From: an uncultured virus (IMG/VR IMGVR_UViG_3300043803_001357) | Taxonomy: Duplodnaviria > Heunggongvirae > Uroviricota > Caudoviricetes | Virus record (IMG/VR): IMGVR_UViG_3300043803_001357 | Span: 1-64,000 of that record | Strand: one strand, 5' to 3' | DNA length: 64,000 nt | Part shown: one piece after another, positions 31,247 through 40,001 of the stretch | Position numbering within the stretch: position 1 is the first letter of the stretch | Layout: every line of letters starts with the position of its first letter | The notes under the pieces: model-generated | Database searches by the model: none | Told to the model about the DNA's origin: nothing | Seen by the model: only the letters and a program-made list of their open reading frames with translations | Program-made: the position numbers and the translations under genes

Positions 31247-31990
31247 ATGAAAAGTGGTATATACAAAATTACAAATGTTAAGAATGGCAAGTTTTATATT
31301 GGTTCTGCTAAAGATATTGATCGTCGTTGGTGGGAACATAAAAATGATTTAAAAAAGAATAAACATAAGAATCCTAAATTACAACACGCTTGGGATTTTT
31401 ACGGGGAAAACAGTTTTGAATTTATTATATTAGAAAATGTAATAGAATGTGAATTGTTTAAACGAGAACAATTTTATTTAGATATGTTTAAACCCTATAT
31501 GCGTGATATAGGTTATAATATTACCCCAACCGCAAGTGGAGGCGATAATTTTACACATAATCCTGATAAAGAAGAAACTCGTCAGTTACTATCTGATATT
31601 AATCTAGGAGCTAAAAATCCTATGCACGGTAAAAAGCATAGTGATGAGGCTAAAGAAAGGCAACGTGATCGTGCTGTAGGACGTTATACTTTGGAGTGGT
31701 TTGTTGACAAGTATGGTATTGACAGTGGTACACTTAAGTACAAGGAGAGAAATGACAAATTGGCTAATCGTAATATTAATTACAGTTATGATAATGGATT
31801 AAAAGGCAAAAAGCGTGGTGCTATGAGTGATGAAATGAAACGTAAGATTAGTGAACAAAAGAGAAATTTTGCGCTTAGAAAGAATGAATTTGTTGATGAT
31901 TTAAAGAGTGGTAGTTTTACTAACAATGCATTAAGTGAGAAGTATGGAGTATCATTAACCACGATCAAATTACATAAAAGAAAATATTAG
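31247..31990 (+). CDS. Free-standing GIY-YIG homing endonuclease with NUMOD3-like repeats (Seg-like)
   Basis: SGIYKITN..FYIGSA, RWWEH, REQFYLD, GYNI; NPMHGKKHSDEAK and MSDEMKRKISE. Confidence 0.9.
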   Translation: MKSGIYKITNVKNGKFYIGSAKDIDRRWWEHKNDLKKNKHKNPKLQHAWDFYGENSFEFIILENVIECELFKREQFYLDMFKPYMRDIGYNITPTASGGDNFTHNPDKEETRQLLSDINLGAKNPMHGKKHSDEAKERQRDRAVGRYTLEWFVDKYGIDSGTLKYKERNDKLANRNINYSYDNGLKGKKRGAMSDEMKRKISEQKRNFALRKNEFVDDLKSGSFTNNALSEKYGVSLTTIKLHKRKY

Positions 31991-31992
31991 TT

Positions 31993-32241
31993 TTATTTTA
32001 TTTCCCAAGGAAAATGTCCACTTAAAATACAAACAATCCAAAATTTACATCTACATATAAAACTTACAAAGTATAATCTTATAAGTCCAATTATTACTTT
32101 GATCCACATATATTCCCAATGTCTAAATTGTTTATTTTGCGTAAATAAATTAATAATAAACAGTTTCGGGTTTGTTTTTACGAATAATAAATCTTCTTTG
32201 TATCTGGATTTTACATCCTTTAATGTAATATAGTCTTTCAT
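31993..32241 (-). CDS. Small hypothetical, possibly membrane protein
   Basis: 82-aa ORF 4 nt after the Mom-like gene; hydrophobic C-half. Confidence 0.45.
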   Translation of the reverse strand: MKDYITLKDVKSRYKEDLLFVKTNPKLFIINLFTQNKQFRHWEYMWIKVIIGLIRLYFVSFICRCKFWIVCILSGHFPWEIK

Positions 32242-32245
32242 ATTT

Positions 32246-33019
32246 TTATTCGAAAAATTCGTTGGTAGATGTTACAACGATTTCTTGTACTTCTTCTTTG
32301 AACGAAGTATCTTTGGGGTAAGGTAGAACTTTATGTTTAAGAGATTTAGTCAACTTTTTATTTTCTATTTTGTTACTGATAAACTTGATATAACGATGTT
32401 TACCACTTTCTCGTTTGCGCCAGAATGTTCTACCAATACGTTCTTTTAGTTTATCTACGCTGTGTGTTTTCCATCTTGAATATACACTTCTGCTGTGTAT
32501 CCAATCATAGTTAGGAGGACCAACTAAACTAACACTATAGTTAGGCATTATAGCGATATCTACATAGTTATCGCCTTGATATAGAAAGCCAGTTGCTTGA
32601 TAGATTGTGCCTGCGTGTCCAGCTTCACTATCCGCATAACTGAGAATACATTTGATGTGGGGATATTCAGTATTTAATAATCTAAAGCTTTCAGCTATAC
32701 AATAACTTTCTATATTTTTACCATAACCATCTGCAATCCACAGTCGTGTTAATTCTAACACATTGTTATTAGTAAGTAGTGAAGAGATACTGGTACTAGC
32801 ATTTCTACCCACGGCGTTTCCATATACTAATACACCTATTAATCGTTCGTTAAAACCACCAAAGAATGTACTCTCTACATATTCTTTATAGTATACTCCA
32901 TAAGCTACAGTACAAAGAGACCACTTGTGTGTATAATGATTCTTTTCAATAAGAGTTTTTGCAACATTCTTATTGATGCTTTTGATGTAAATTAATGTGG
33001 GGTCAAAATACTCCGACAT
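32246..33019 (-). CDS. Mom-like (GNAT-fold) DNA adenine modification protein
   Basis: IEKNHYTH, LIGVLVYG, LELTRLW, NIESY, ILSYADSEAGHAGTIYQATGFLY. Confidence 0.75.
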   Translation of the reverse strand: MSEYFDPTLIYIKSINKNVAKTLIEKNHYTHKWSLCTVAYGVYYKEYVESTFFGGFNERLIGVLVYGNAVGRNASTSISSLLTNNNVLELTRLWIADGYGKNIESYCIAESFRLLNTEYPHIKCILSYADSEAGHAGTIYQATGFLYQGDNYVDIAIMPNYSVSLVGPPNYDWIHSRSVYSRWKTHSVDKLKERIGRTFWRKRESGKHRYIKFISNKIENKKLTKSLKHKVLPYPKDTSFKEEVQEIVVTSTNEFFE

Positions 33020-33025
33020 TATTTC

Positions 33026-33053
33026 AGTATAACCATATAACTCTAACTGTCAA
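33026..33053 (-). promoter_or_regulatory. Sigma70-type promoter for Mom-like gene
   Basis: Minus strand TTGACA-16 nt-TATACT, ATG 6 nt downstream. Confidence 0.7.
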
Positions 33054-33056
33054 GAT

Positions 33057-33269
33057 TTATATTATATAAAAAAGACCTTTGGAATTATATACTACAGTTC
33101 TAATTTTGGTAGCATTAATCTTATTGATACCAAGTCTATCTATTACTTGAAATGGATCAGGGTGATTATTTATAGGAGCTGCCATAACTCTATCCTTTAT
33201 TTTGTATACATCCAAGTCTGTATTAACAATACTTGGATGATATTGTCTTACTAAAGGCATTGTTCTCAT
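33057..33269 (-). CDS. Hypothetical protein coupled to the cyclase gene
   Basis: ATGA overlap with the cyclase stop at 33266-33269. Confidence 0.55.
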   Translation of the reverse strand: MRTMPLVRQYHPSIVNTDLDVYKIKDRVMAAPINNHPDPFQVIDRLGINKINATKIRTVVYNSKGLFYII

Positions 33270-35041
33270 ACTGGTTTATTTGTTGTTGGTTCTGCTTTCT
33301 TTACTCTACTAGATGGAAATGATTTGTTACCAAAATCACTACCGTGTAAACTATACAAATGCATAACTACACCGTGTTTTACAACCACATCCCCCAAGTC
33401 ATTTACTAATACATATGGTGGTCTATCATATTTTAACATTACTGCTGAACTAACCAACAAATGATTGCTTTCACCTGCATCCATTACTCTTTGAGCATAG
33501 TTGATACCATCACCACTGATATTGAGATTGCCATTAATATCTTCCATTGGTATTACAGGTCCACAATGTACACCCATTCTCATTTGTAAATCCGGTCTAT
33601 CCTTTACTGCTTTAGCTATAGTAACTGCACAATTCATTGCATCTTCCAAATAAGTAAAGAATCCCAATACCATACCGTCACCAGTAGGTAATATAATTAA
33701 CTTTTCAAGCGCATTAGCTGTTTTGTATTGCATTGTAGACTTAACCAATGCACCCAAATCTTTACAAGCCTTCTTTTGTTCATCTGTTGTTTTCTTACTA
33801 TAAGCAACAATATCCATAAAGAATATATAACCTTCTTGTTCTACGTCCAATTGCAATCTACCAGATTTGACTTCTACATCAACTTGTTCAACTTTCTTGA
33901 CAACTTGTTTGACGGGTTTAACAACTTCTACCTTCTTTTCTTCTTTCTTTTCTACCACTGGAATATCTTTAAGTTTCAAGAAATCTTTCCAGTTAATTTT
34001 CTTAGCTGGTGCATCTTTTTTCTTTGGTTCTTTTGATGCTTGTTCTTCTTCGTGTTTCTTTATTGCAGCTTCTTCACGATTACGTTTTTCAACAAACAAT
34101 GCAATTTGCTTTTTAACTTCATCTGTGATGTATATGTTTACATCTTTTCCACCACCACCAATATCGTGTTTCTTTTTTCTTTGAGCACCTTTGGATTGCA
34201 GATATGTTTGCATTTCTACATTACCCGTCTTAAATGCCAAATCCAACGGAGCAATTTCACCTTTGAAATCTGCACCGTTAACATTCGCACCCAAATGTAC
34301 CAAAAATTCCACCATATCAACATCGTTAGCGTTAACGGCATAATGTAGTGGCATCCATCCATTCTTTTCATCTCTGCCATTGATTTTACCATCTTTATCA
34401 AAGAACGATTGTACACCTTCAAAATCTCCTGTTTCTGCGCAGAAATGAATACTAACACCTCCTGCGGATTTAGCACCGTACTTATTCAATAACTTAACAA
34501 TGTCACCTCTATTGGTATTGGATAGTACGTCAATAGGATTATTTTTACCCAAGAAATCTTTCTTGTTAACATCAGCTCCTCTTACAATTAGATATTCAAC
34601 CAAGTGTTTTTGTCCGTAATTTACTGCATAATGTAGTGCGGTCCAACCTTTGCCAGCGTCAACTTCATTGATATCAAATCCCTTGTCTAACATTTCTTCA
34701 ATAGAAACGATATCACCATTTTTTGCGGCTAAATGGAAACTACTACCGCTACTGTATTTTGCACCTCTTTGTTGTAGTATTTCTGCGATATTTTTAAAAC
34801 CTTTTTGTTCAGCTACATCCAGTGCTGTATTTTTACTGGTCCAATCTTTACAGTTGGGATCTGCACCGTGATTTAACAGTAGTTTTACGATTTCCACTTG
34901 ATTTTCTTCTACAGCAACAACCAATGGTGGATTGCCTGTATCATCGTCTCTTTGATTGACATCTACTTTTTCTTTTTCGATACAGTTGTAGACGTTATCG
35001 TATAACCCACGTTTGATGTGGGTAAAAATGTTAATAGCCAT
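33266..35041 (-). CDS. Ankyrin-repeat protein fused to class III nucleotidyl cyclase domain
   Basis: About nine ankyrin repeats (GWTALHYAV, GADVN); Lys-rich linker; FMDIVAYS, PTGDGM, RMGVHCGPV, GINYAQRVMD, VKHG. Confidence 0.88.
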   Translation of the reverse strand: MAINIFTHIKRGLYDNVYNCIEKEKVDVNQRDDDTGNPPLVVAVEENQVEIVKLLLNHGADPNCKDWTSKNTALDVAEQKGFKNIAEILQQRGAKYSSGSSFHLAAKNGDIVSIEEMLDKGFDINEVDAGKGWTALHYAVNYGQKHLVEYLIVRGADVNKKDFLGKNNPIDVLSNTNRGDIVKLLNKYGAKSAGGVSIHFCAETGDFEGVQSFFDKDGKINGRDEKNGWMPLHYAVNANDVDMVEFLVHLGANVNGADFKGEIAPLDLAFKTGNVEMQTYLQSKGAQRKKKHDIGGGGKDVNIYITDEVKKQIALFVEKRNREEAAIKKHEEEQASKEPKKKDAPAKKINWKDFLKLKDIPVVEKKEEKKVEVVKPVKQVVKKVEQVDVEVKSGRLQLDVEQEGYIFFMDIVAYSKKTTDEQKKACKDLGALVKSTMQYKTANALEKLIILPTGDGMVLGFFTYLEDAMNCAVTIAKAVKDRPDLQMRMGVHCGPVIPMEDINGNLNISGDGINYAQRVMDAGESNHLLVSSAVMLKYDRPPYVLVNDLGDVVVKHGVVMHLYSLHGSDFGNKSFPSSRVKKAEPTTNKPV

Positions 35042-35056
35042 AGTTTAATTAGTAAA

Positions 35057-35434
35057 TTAGTCTTTTTTGAAACGGCTTAAATCCAATTGAGGTAGTGGTT
35101 TTTCTATGTTTAGACCAGCTAGTCTTTCATTTTGGATAACTAATTTACTTCCGCCTACAACCTTACCATCTACTACGTCATATATGAAAAATACAGTTTT
35201 TGTAAGTCCCACACGAACAATTCTGCCGGGTTTGCCATCAATATATACAACATCATCTTCTTTGTAATCGGACCCAATAAACATAAACAGTGCCGCGGCA
35301 AGTTTTTCAATGCTTGATTTAAACATTAGAATTACTAATCCCGCTACGAACATCCAGACATATTTGCCTGTCATATCTTGTGCGGTTGATTCTAGTACCT
35401 GTTGAGATATTACGTGTGCTGTATTTGTATCCAT
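35057..35434 (-). CDS. Small membrane protein with MscS-like TM + beta domain
   Basis: TM VWMFVAGLVILMF, amphipathic IEKLAAALFMF, then YKEDDVVYIDGKPGRIVRVGLTKT resembling the MscS middle domain; likely start 35434. Confidence 0.55.
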   Translation of the reverse strand: MDTNTAHVISQQVLESTAQDMTGKYVWMFVAGLVILMFKSSIEKLAAALFMFIGSDYKEDDVVYIDGKPGRIVRVGLTKTVFFIYDVVDGKVVGGSKLVIQNERLAGLNIEKPLPQLDLSRFKKD

Positions 35435-35509
35435 AATCGTCTTTAGTTTATTAACACATAACATTTGTTAACAATCCAAAACAATTATATAATAAATATA
35501 AATATTAAT

Positions 35510-36475
35510 TTATTTAATCCACTTTTGTTCTTTTAGAATATCATCAATCAATTCTTTTTCGGAACTATCCATTTCTTTATCAAATCTTTTCAATACTTCA
35601 GTCAATGGATATACTCTATCAGGAGATTCTTTTTGTTTTTCTTTTAGTTCTTGAATTACATCAACTATTTTAACAAGTGGAGACTTGAATTCATCAACTT
35701 TGTCTTTTGAAGCGAAGTTAGCCAATTCAAATGCATGTGGAGTTAATGCTTTTACCAAACTTAGTAATCCAGAACCAATCATATTAAATATACTAAATGC
35801 TGCACCAGCTGCTGGATGTACTGTTGCTAATATTCTTAATATAACAAATACCACAACAAATATGATAATTGCGGTCATTGCACTAACAAAGAACTTTTTT
35901 AAACCCCAAAATACAGCATTAAGACCAAACATACCACTCATAGCATCCAAAGTAGCCTTGCTTTGATCAGCTTCTTTTGCAATTTCTTTTGCTTTATCAG
36001 TCATTTGCCATAATTCATCGTCATACTTTTCTTTCAAAGCAGACTTTTCTTTTTGCAATTTGTTTATGATTTCGTCACGTTGTGATAGTAATTGATCACC
36101 CTTTTTTCTTTCCTCAGCAACTTGACTGTTTAATAAATCAACGGTAGCTTTTATACGTTTAATTTCATCTATGTGTGGTGATCCAACTATAGAAATTACA
36201 CGTTCATTGAGTGATTTAGCAGTATCTACTTGTACTGACGGGTTTGTTACTTGACTTAAAGAGTGTTGAATACCTATAGACAAAGACGATGCTTGTACAC
36301 GTTTGCCTTTTTCTACTTTTTCCAACTCTACCATCGTATTATCTACTTTGGCTTCTTGTTTAGCAACAGCGTCTTGTGCAGTTGTAACTTGCTTCGCCGG
36401 TCTAACTTCAGACGAAATACAACCGGTTAGTATTAAAATTACGATGGTGTAAAACAGTTGTTTTTTAAAGTTCAT
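35510..36475 (-). CDS. Lipoprotein with coiled coil and C-terminal TM segments (spanin-like architecture)
   Basis: MNFKK + hydrophobic stretch + LTGC lipobox; long heptad region; TM AMTAIIIFVVVFVILRIL. Confidence 0.6.
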   Translation of the reverse strand: MNFKKQLFYTIVILILTGCISSEVRPAKQVTTAQDAVAKQEAKVDNTMVELEKVEKGKRVQASSLSIGIQHSLSQVTNPSVQVDTAKSLNERVISIVGSPHIDEIKRIKATVDLLNSQVAEERKKGDQLLSQRDEIINKLQKEKSALKEKYDDELWQMTDKAKEIAKEADQSKATLDAMSGMFGLNAVFWGLKKFFVSAMTAIIIFVVVFVILRILATVHPAAGAAFSIFNMIGSGLLSLVKALTPHAFELANFASKDKVDEFKSPLVKIVDVIQELKEKQKESPDRVYPLTEVLKRFDKEMDSSEKELIDDILKEQKWIK

Positions 36476-36520
36476 ATAATATAAATATTATTTTTTATAA
36501 TAAAACTAATATTTATCAAT

Positions 36521-37129
36521 ATGATCAAACTTAATGACTTAATAGAGAACGATTCGTTGTGTCCGATGGCACATCCTAAGAACATAGAACCAGTGATGAG
36601 TTCTTATTTACGTTATCATATTGACAATAAAATTCCACTTAGCGAAAACATTTTTAGAACCTATAGTGAGTCTTATTTTGATTTAATCGAAGAAGTTCGT
36701 ACTTTGTATTTTCAAAATTTAATAGAATTGTGTGACGCTGACGCTGAATTGGTTGAAAGTGATTTGGGTAAAAAGGCTATATTTGAAGGTAGAGAAGTGT
36801 ATTTGGATGCGCCTATCGAAGACGAAGAAGATTTATTGATGGAACTTAAGCATAGAGGACGCACTGTTAATTTAAGTAGACCATTTAGAACACCCGGCGG
36901 TCCTAAAAAATATGCTGTATATGTTAAATCTAAGAATGGCAAAGTTAAAAAAGTAACATTTGGAGATCCAAATATGAGAAGCAGAGCTAGTAGCAAGGCT
37001 CGTCGTAAGAGTTTTGCAGCTAGACACAGATGTAGTCAAAAGAAAGATAGAACAACGGCTGGATATTGGAGTTGCAGAAGTCATAGAATGAAATCGTTGG
37101 GTAATAAAGGTAAAGGTAAATACTGGTAA
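36521..37129 (+). CDS. Conserved phage hypothetical protein with basic C-terminal domain
   Basis: MIKLNDLIEN N-terminus; KKYAVYV..VTFGDPNM..RKSFAARHRC..AGYWSC. Confidence 0.7.
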   Translation: MIKLNDLIENDSLCPMAHPKNIEPVMSSYLRYHIDNKIPLSENIFRTYSESYFDLIEEVRTLYFQNLIELCDADAELVESDLGKKAIFEGREVYLDAPIEDEEDLLMELKHRGRTVNLSRPFRTPGGPKKYAVYVKSKNGKVKKVTFGDPNMRSRASSKARRKSFAARHRCSQKKDRTTAGYWSCRSHRMKSLGNKGKGKYW

Positions 37130-37395
37130 TGAGTCTACCGTTTATAGAAAACCCACTGGGTAACAGTCAGTATATAAGAGAATTTAGTTCCGATGTAGCT
37201 ACTCACGAACTGGAATGGCATATAGATCGTGAAGACAGAACCGTTGAAGTTATAGAAAATAACAATTGGCACTTTCAATTAGATAATAATTTACCACAAT
37301 TACTTAAAGAAACAATATTTATACCTAAAGAAACATACCACCGTGTAATAAAAGGCACAGGTAATCTAAAAGTAAGAATAACAAAACACATATGA
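37129..37395 (+). CDS. Small cupin-fold protein
   Basis: LEWHIDREDR..IFIPKETYHRVIKG. Confidence 0.6.
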   Translation: MSLPFIENPLGNSQYIREFSSDVATHELEWHIDREDRTVEVIENNNWHFQLDNNLPQLLKETIFIPKETYHRVIKGTGNLKVRITKHI

Positions 37396-38711
37396 AATTT
37401 ATTGATTTATTAACAGAAGTTAAAATGTACGAAACACTTGGGTTACCTGATGACAGTATTATCCCACTAGATACGTTTGTATGTGAATGTAAAAATTGCG
37501 TAAATCAATCTCTATATGAAGCTATAAATGATACCGATAACAATTTAAAGATATGTTTGACTGAAGCGAACAAAAAGGAGCCTATTAGTTTTGAGTTGGC
37601 CGAATTAATGAAGAATATTGCCCGAGACACTCAAGGAAGATTAAAACTGTTGAGTGTATTAAACGATCCAAAAACACTGAAGTCTTTCTTAGATGACAAA
37701 GGATATTTGACTGCAATTTTATATTTGGCTCCCTCTGATTCATCAGGTCACGAAGTGTGTCCAAAGAAAAGTCCGGAATGTAACGCTGGTTGTTTGAATT
37801 TTGCTGGTAACCCTGCATATCTAAAAGCAAAATTAGCAGCAAGAGCTAGAAAAACTCGTTGGTTGTTTGGTGACAAATTGACATCTGATGAGATGAAAAA
37901 TATTCCTACAGATCCAAAAATTATAGATAGATTTTATGGCAAAGGTAGACCCGGACCCGAAGGTAAACGTGGTAGAATATTGAATCCAATGCGTCCTGAA
38001 GACTTCATTGAAAGATTGCAAATTGAAATGGAGTTTTTGAAAAAAGTGGCTGCTAAATACAATTTAAAGTTATCGGTTAGATTAAACGGTACGAGCGATC
38101 TTGATTTTCATAAAAAATTGGAAAGTTGGAAATCTGCAAATCCAGATGTTAAATTTTATGACTATACAGCCGTGTTTAAATGGGCAATGCAAAGTCTTGA
38201 AGATCCTTCAAAACCACATATGACTTTTTCAAGAAAAGAAACTTTACAAAACAATATAGAATGTGAAAAATATTTGAAGGCTGGTGGTAATATTTCCGCA
38301 ATATTTGATGAATTACCAGAATATTATCGTGGTTATAAAGTAATTGATGCAGATAGAACCGATTTGAGATTTTTAGACGATAGTGATCGACCAATTGATC
38401 CTGATACAGGTAAACCCGTGGGTGTAATCGCCGGATTAAAGATGAAGGGATTTAGATTAAAAGACGCATTTGCCTTGGGTATAATACAAAATAAGGGACC
38501 AGAAGATACATTCGTAATAAGAACCAAGGAATTGAGGAAAAGATTTGGAGATAAGTATTTTACACAAAAAATTCATTGGGGTGATCGCGCACCAACAGAG
38601 CCAAACAATATTACTGCTAAACAGATCTATAAAGATAAAATCAAGAATTATTTAAATAAAATATCAAGTAAATTGAAAGGTACAGCTGATAAAACGGATG
38701 AAAAAATATGA
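37392..38711 (+). CDS. Gp88-like protein with Cys triad (possible Fe-S/radical-SAM-like)
   Basis: ILYLAP..VCPKKSPECNAGCL, VRLNGTSDL, FYDYT, DADRTDLRFLD, GLKMKG. Confidence 0.65.
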   Translation: MKFIDLLTEVKMYETLGLPDDSIIPLDTFVCECKNCVNQSLYEAINDTDNNLKICLTEANKKEPISFELAELMKNIARDTQGRLKLLSVLNDPKTLKSFLDDKGYLTAILYLAPSDSSGHEVCPKKSPECNAGCLNFAGNPAYLKAKLAARARKTRWLFGDKLTSDEMKNIPTDPKIIDRFYGKGRPGPEGKRGRILNPMRPEDFIERLQIEMEFLKKVAAKYNLKLSVRLNGTSDLDFHKKLESWKSANPDVKFYDYTAVFKWAMQSLEDPSKPHMTFSRKETLQNNIECEKYLKAGGNISAIFDELPEYYRGYKVIDADRTDLRFLDDSDRPIDPDTGKPVGVIAGLKMKGFRLKDAFALGIIQNKGPEDTFVIRTKELRKRFGDKYFTQKIHWGDRAPTEPNNITAKQIYKDKIKNYLNKISSKLKGTADKTDEKI

Positions 38712-38768
38712 TATGTGAATTAACAAATTATAAACTGTATATTTTTGTTGTTTAGATATTTATAATTA

Positions 38769-39998
38769 ATGAGTGCTAATTTAGATCAAGATAGGGTAAG
38801 ATGGCCTGGGAGTGGTAGTAGTGTTACTCAAAACACTGTGCCATTTGGTTATTACTTAAGCGAAAGTTGTAACACAGGATCTGGCGAAACTACTTTTGAA
38901 AATGATTGTAGTAGTAGTGCTATGTGGGCAGCAAAACGTTTGGGTTATCCTATTGTCGATATTGAAATGATCGATGTTAATTTTTATGCCTGTTTTGAAG
39001 AATCTGTATTGGAATATAACCGTGTAGTTAACGAATTCAACATCGTTAATAATATGGTAAATTTACAAGGATTACCACAAAACCAATACAAAAATTTAAC
39101 AGGTCTAGGAGTAAAAAGTACAGGATTGCCTTTTATAATTCAATTGAGCAAACAATATGGTGCAGAAGCACTTGTTGGTGGCGAATATGAAGTTAAACGC
39201 AATTATATTACTGTCAGTGGCAGTGTTAATCCAAGCAGCACACAACAAGTTTATGACTTAAATCAATTGATTGGTAAAGATATTGAACACTTGACAGGCT
39301 CTCGTATCGAAGTTAAACGTGTATTTCACCAAAGACCGCCAGCAATTGCTCGTATTTATGATCCGTTTAGTATGACTGGTATGAGTTATAGTAACGTACT
39401 AACAGAAATGGGATTTAGCGCATACAGTCCTGCTACACAATTCTTAATGACTCCGATCTTTGAAGACTTGGAACGTGTACAAGCTATTGAGTTTAATGAT
39501 ATGGTTCGTAAAAGCGCATATAGTTTTGAAATTCTAGGTAATAATAAGTTGAGAATATTTCCAATTCCAACCGACAATTTCAAAGTTTATATAGATTATA
39601 TAGTTGAAAGTGAACGTGATATTACCAACTTTTATAGTGGATCTCGTTATGAATACATTAGCGATCCAAGTGATATACCATACGAATACTGTACATATTG
39701 TAAGATAAATCAACCAGGCAAACAGTGGATCAAGAAATATTTCTTGGCTTTGTGCAAAGAAACATTGGGACGTATATTACAAAAATATAGTACAGTACCA
39801 ATTCCAGGTGGCGAAGTAACTCTTGACGGTGCGGAGTTACGTTCTGAAGCCAAGGAGGAAAAAGACACATTGCTTGATAAATTGAGAGATATGTTGGAAA
39901 AAACCTTGCGAGTCAATCAATTGGAAAATAAAGGTAAGGAAAGCGAAGAAATGAATAAGATGCTTTCCAGAGTACCACTACACATTTATATAGGATAA
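38769..39998 (+). CDS. Neck/head-completion protein (T4 gp13-like)
   Basis: RLGYPIVDIE, WIKKYFLALCKETLG..KYSTVPIPGGEVTLDG. Confidence 0.78.
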   Translation: MSANLDQDRVRWPGSGSSVTQNTVPFGYYLSESCNTGSGETTFENDCSSSAMWAAKRLGYPIVDIEMIDVNFYACFEESVLEYNRVVNEFNIVNNMVNLQGLPQNQYKNLTGLGVKSTGLPFIIQLSKQYGAEALVGGEYEVKRNYITVSGSVNPSSTQQVYDLNQLIGKDIEHLTGSRIEVKRVFHQRPPAIARIYDPFSMTGMSYSNVLTEMGFSAYSPATQFLMTPIFEDLERVQAIEFNDMVRKSAYSFEILGNNKLRIFPIPTDNFKVYIDYIVESERDITNFYSGSRYEYISDPSDIPYEYCTYCKINQPGKQWIKKYFLALCKETLGRILQKYSTVPIPGGEVTLDGAELRSEAKEEKDTLLDKLRDMLEKTLRVNQLENKGKESEEMNKMLSRVPLHIYIG

Positions 39999-40001
39999 TT
40001 T

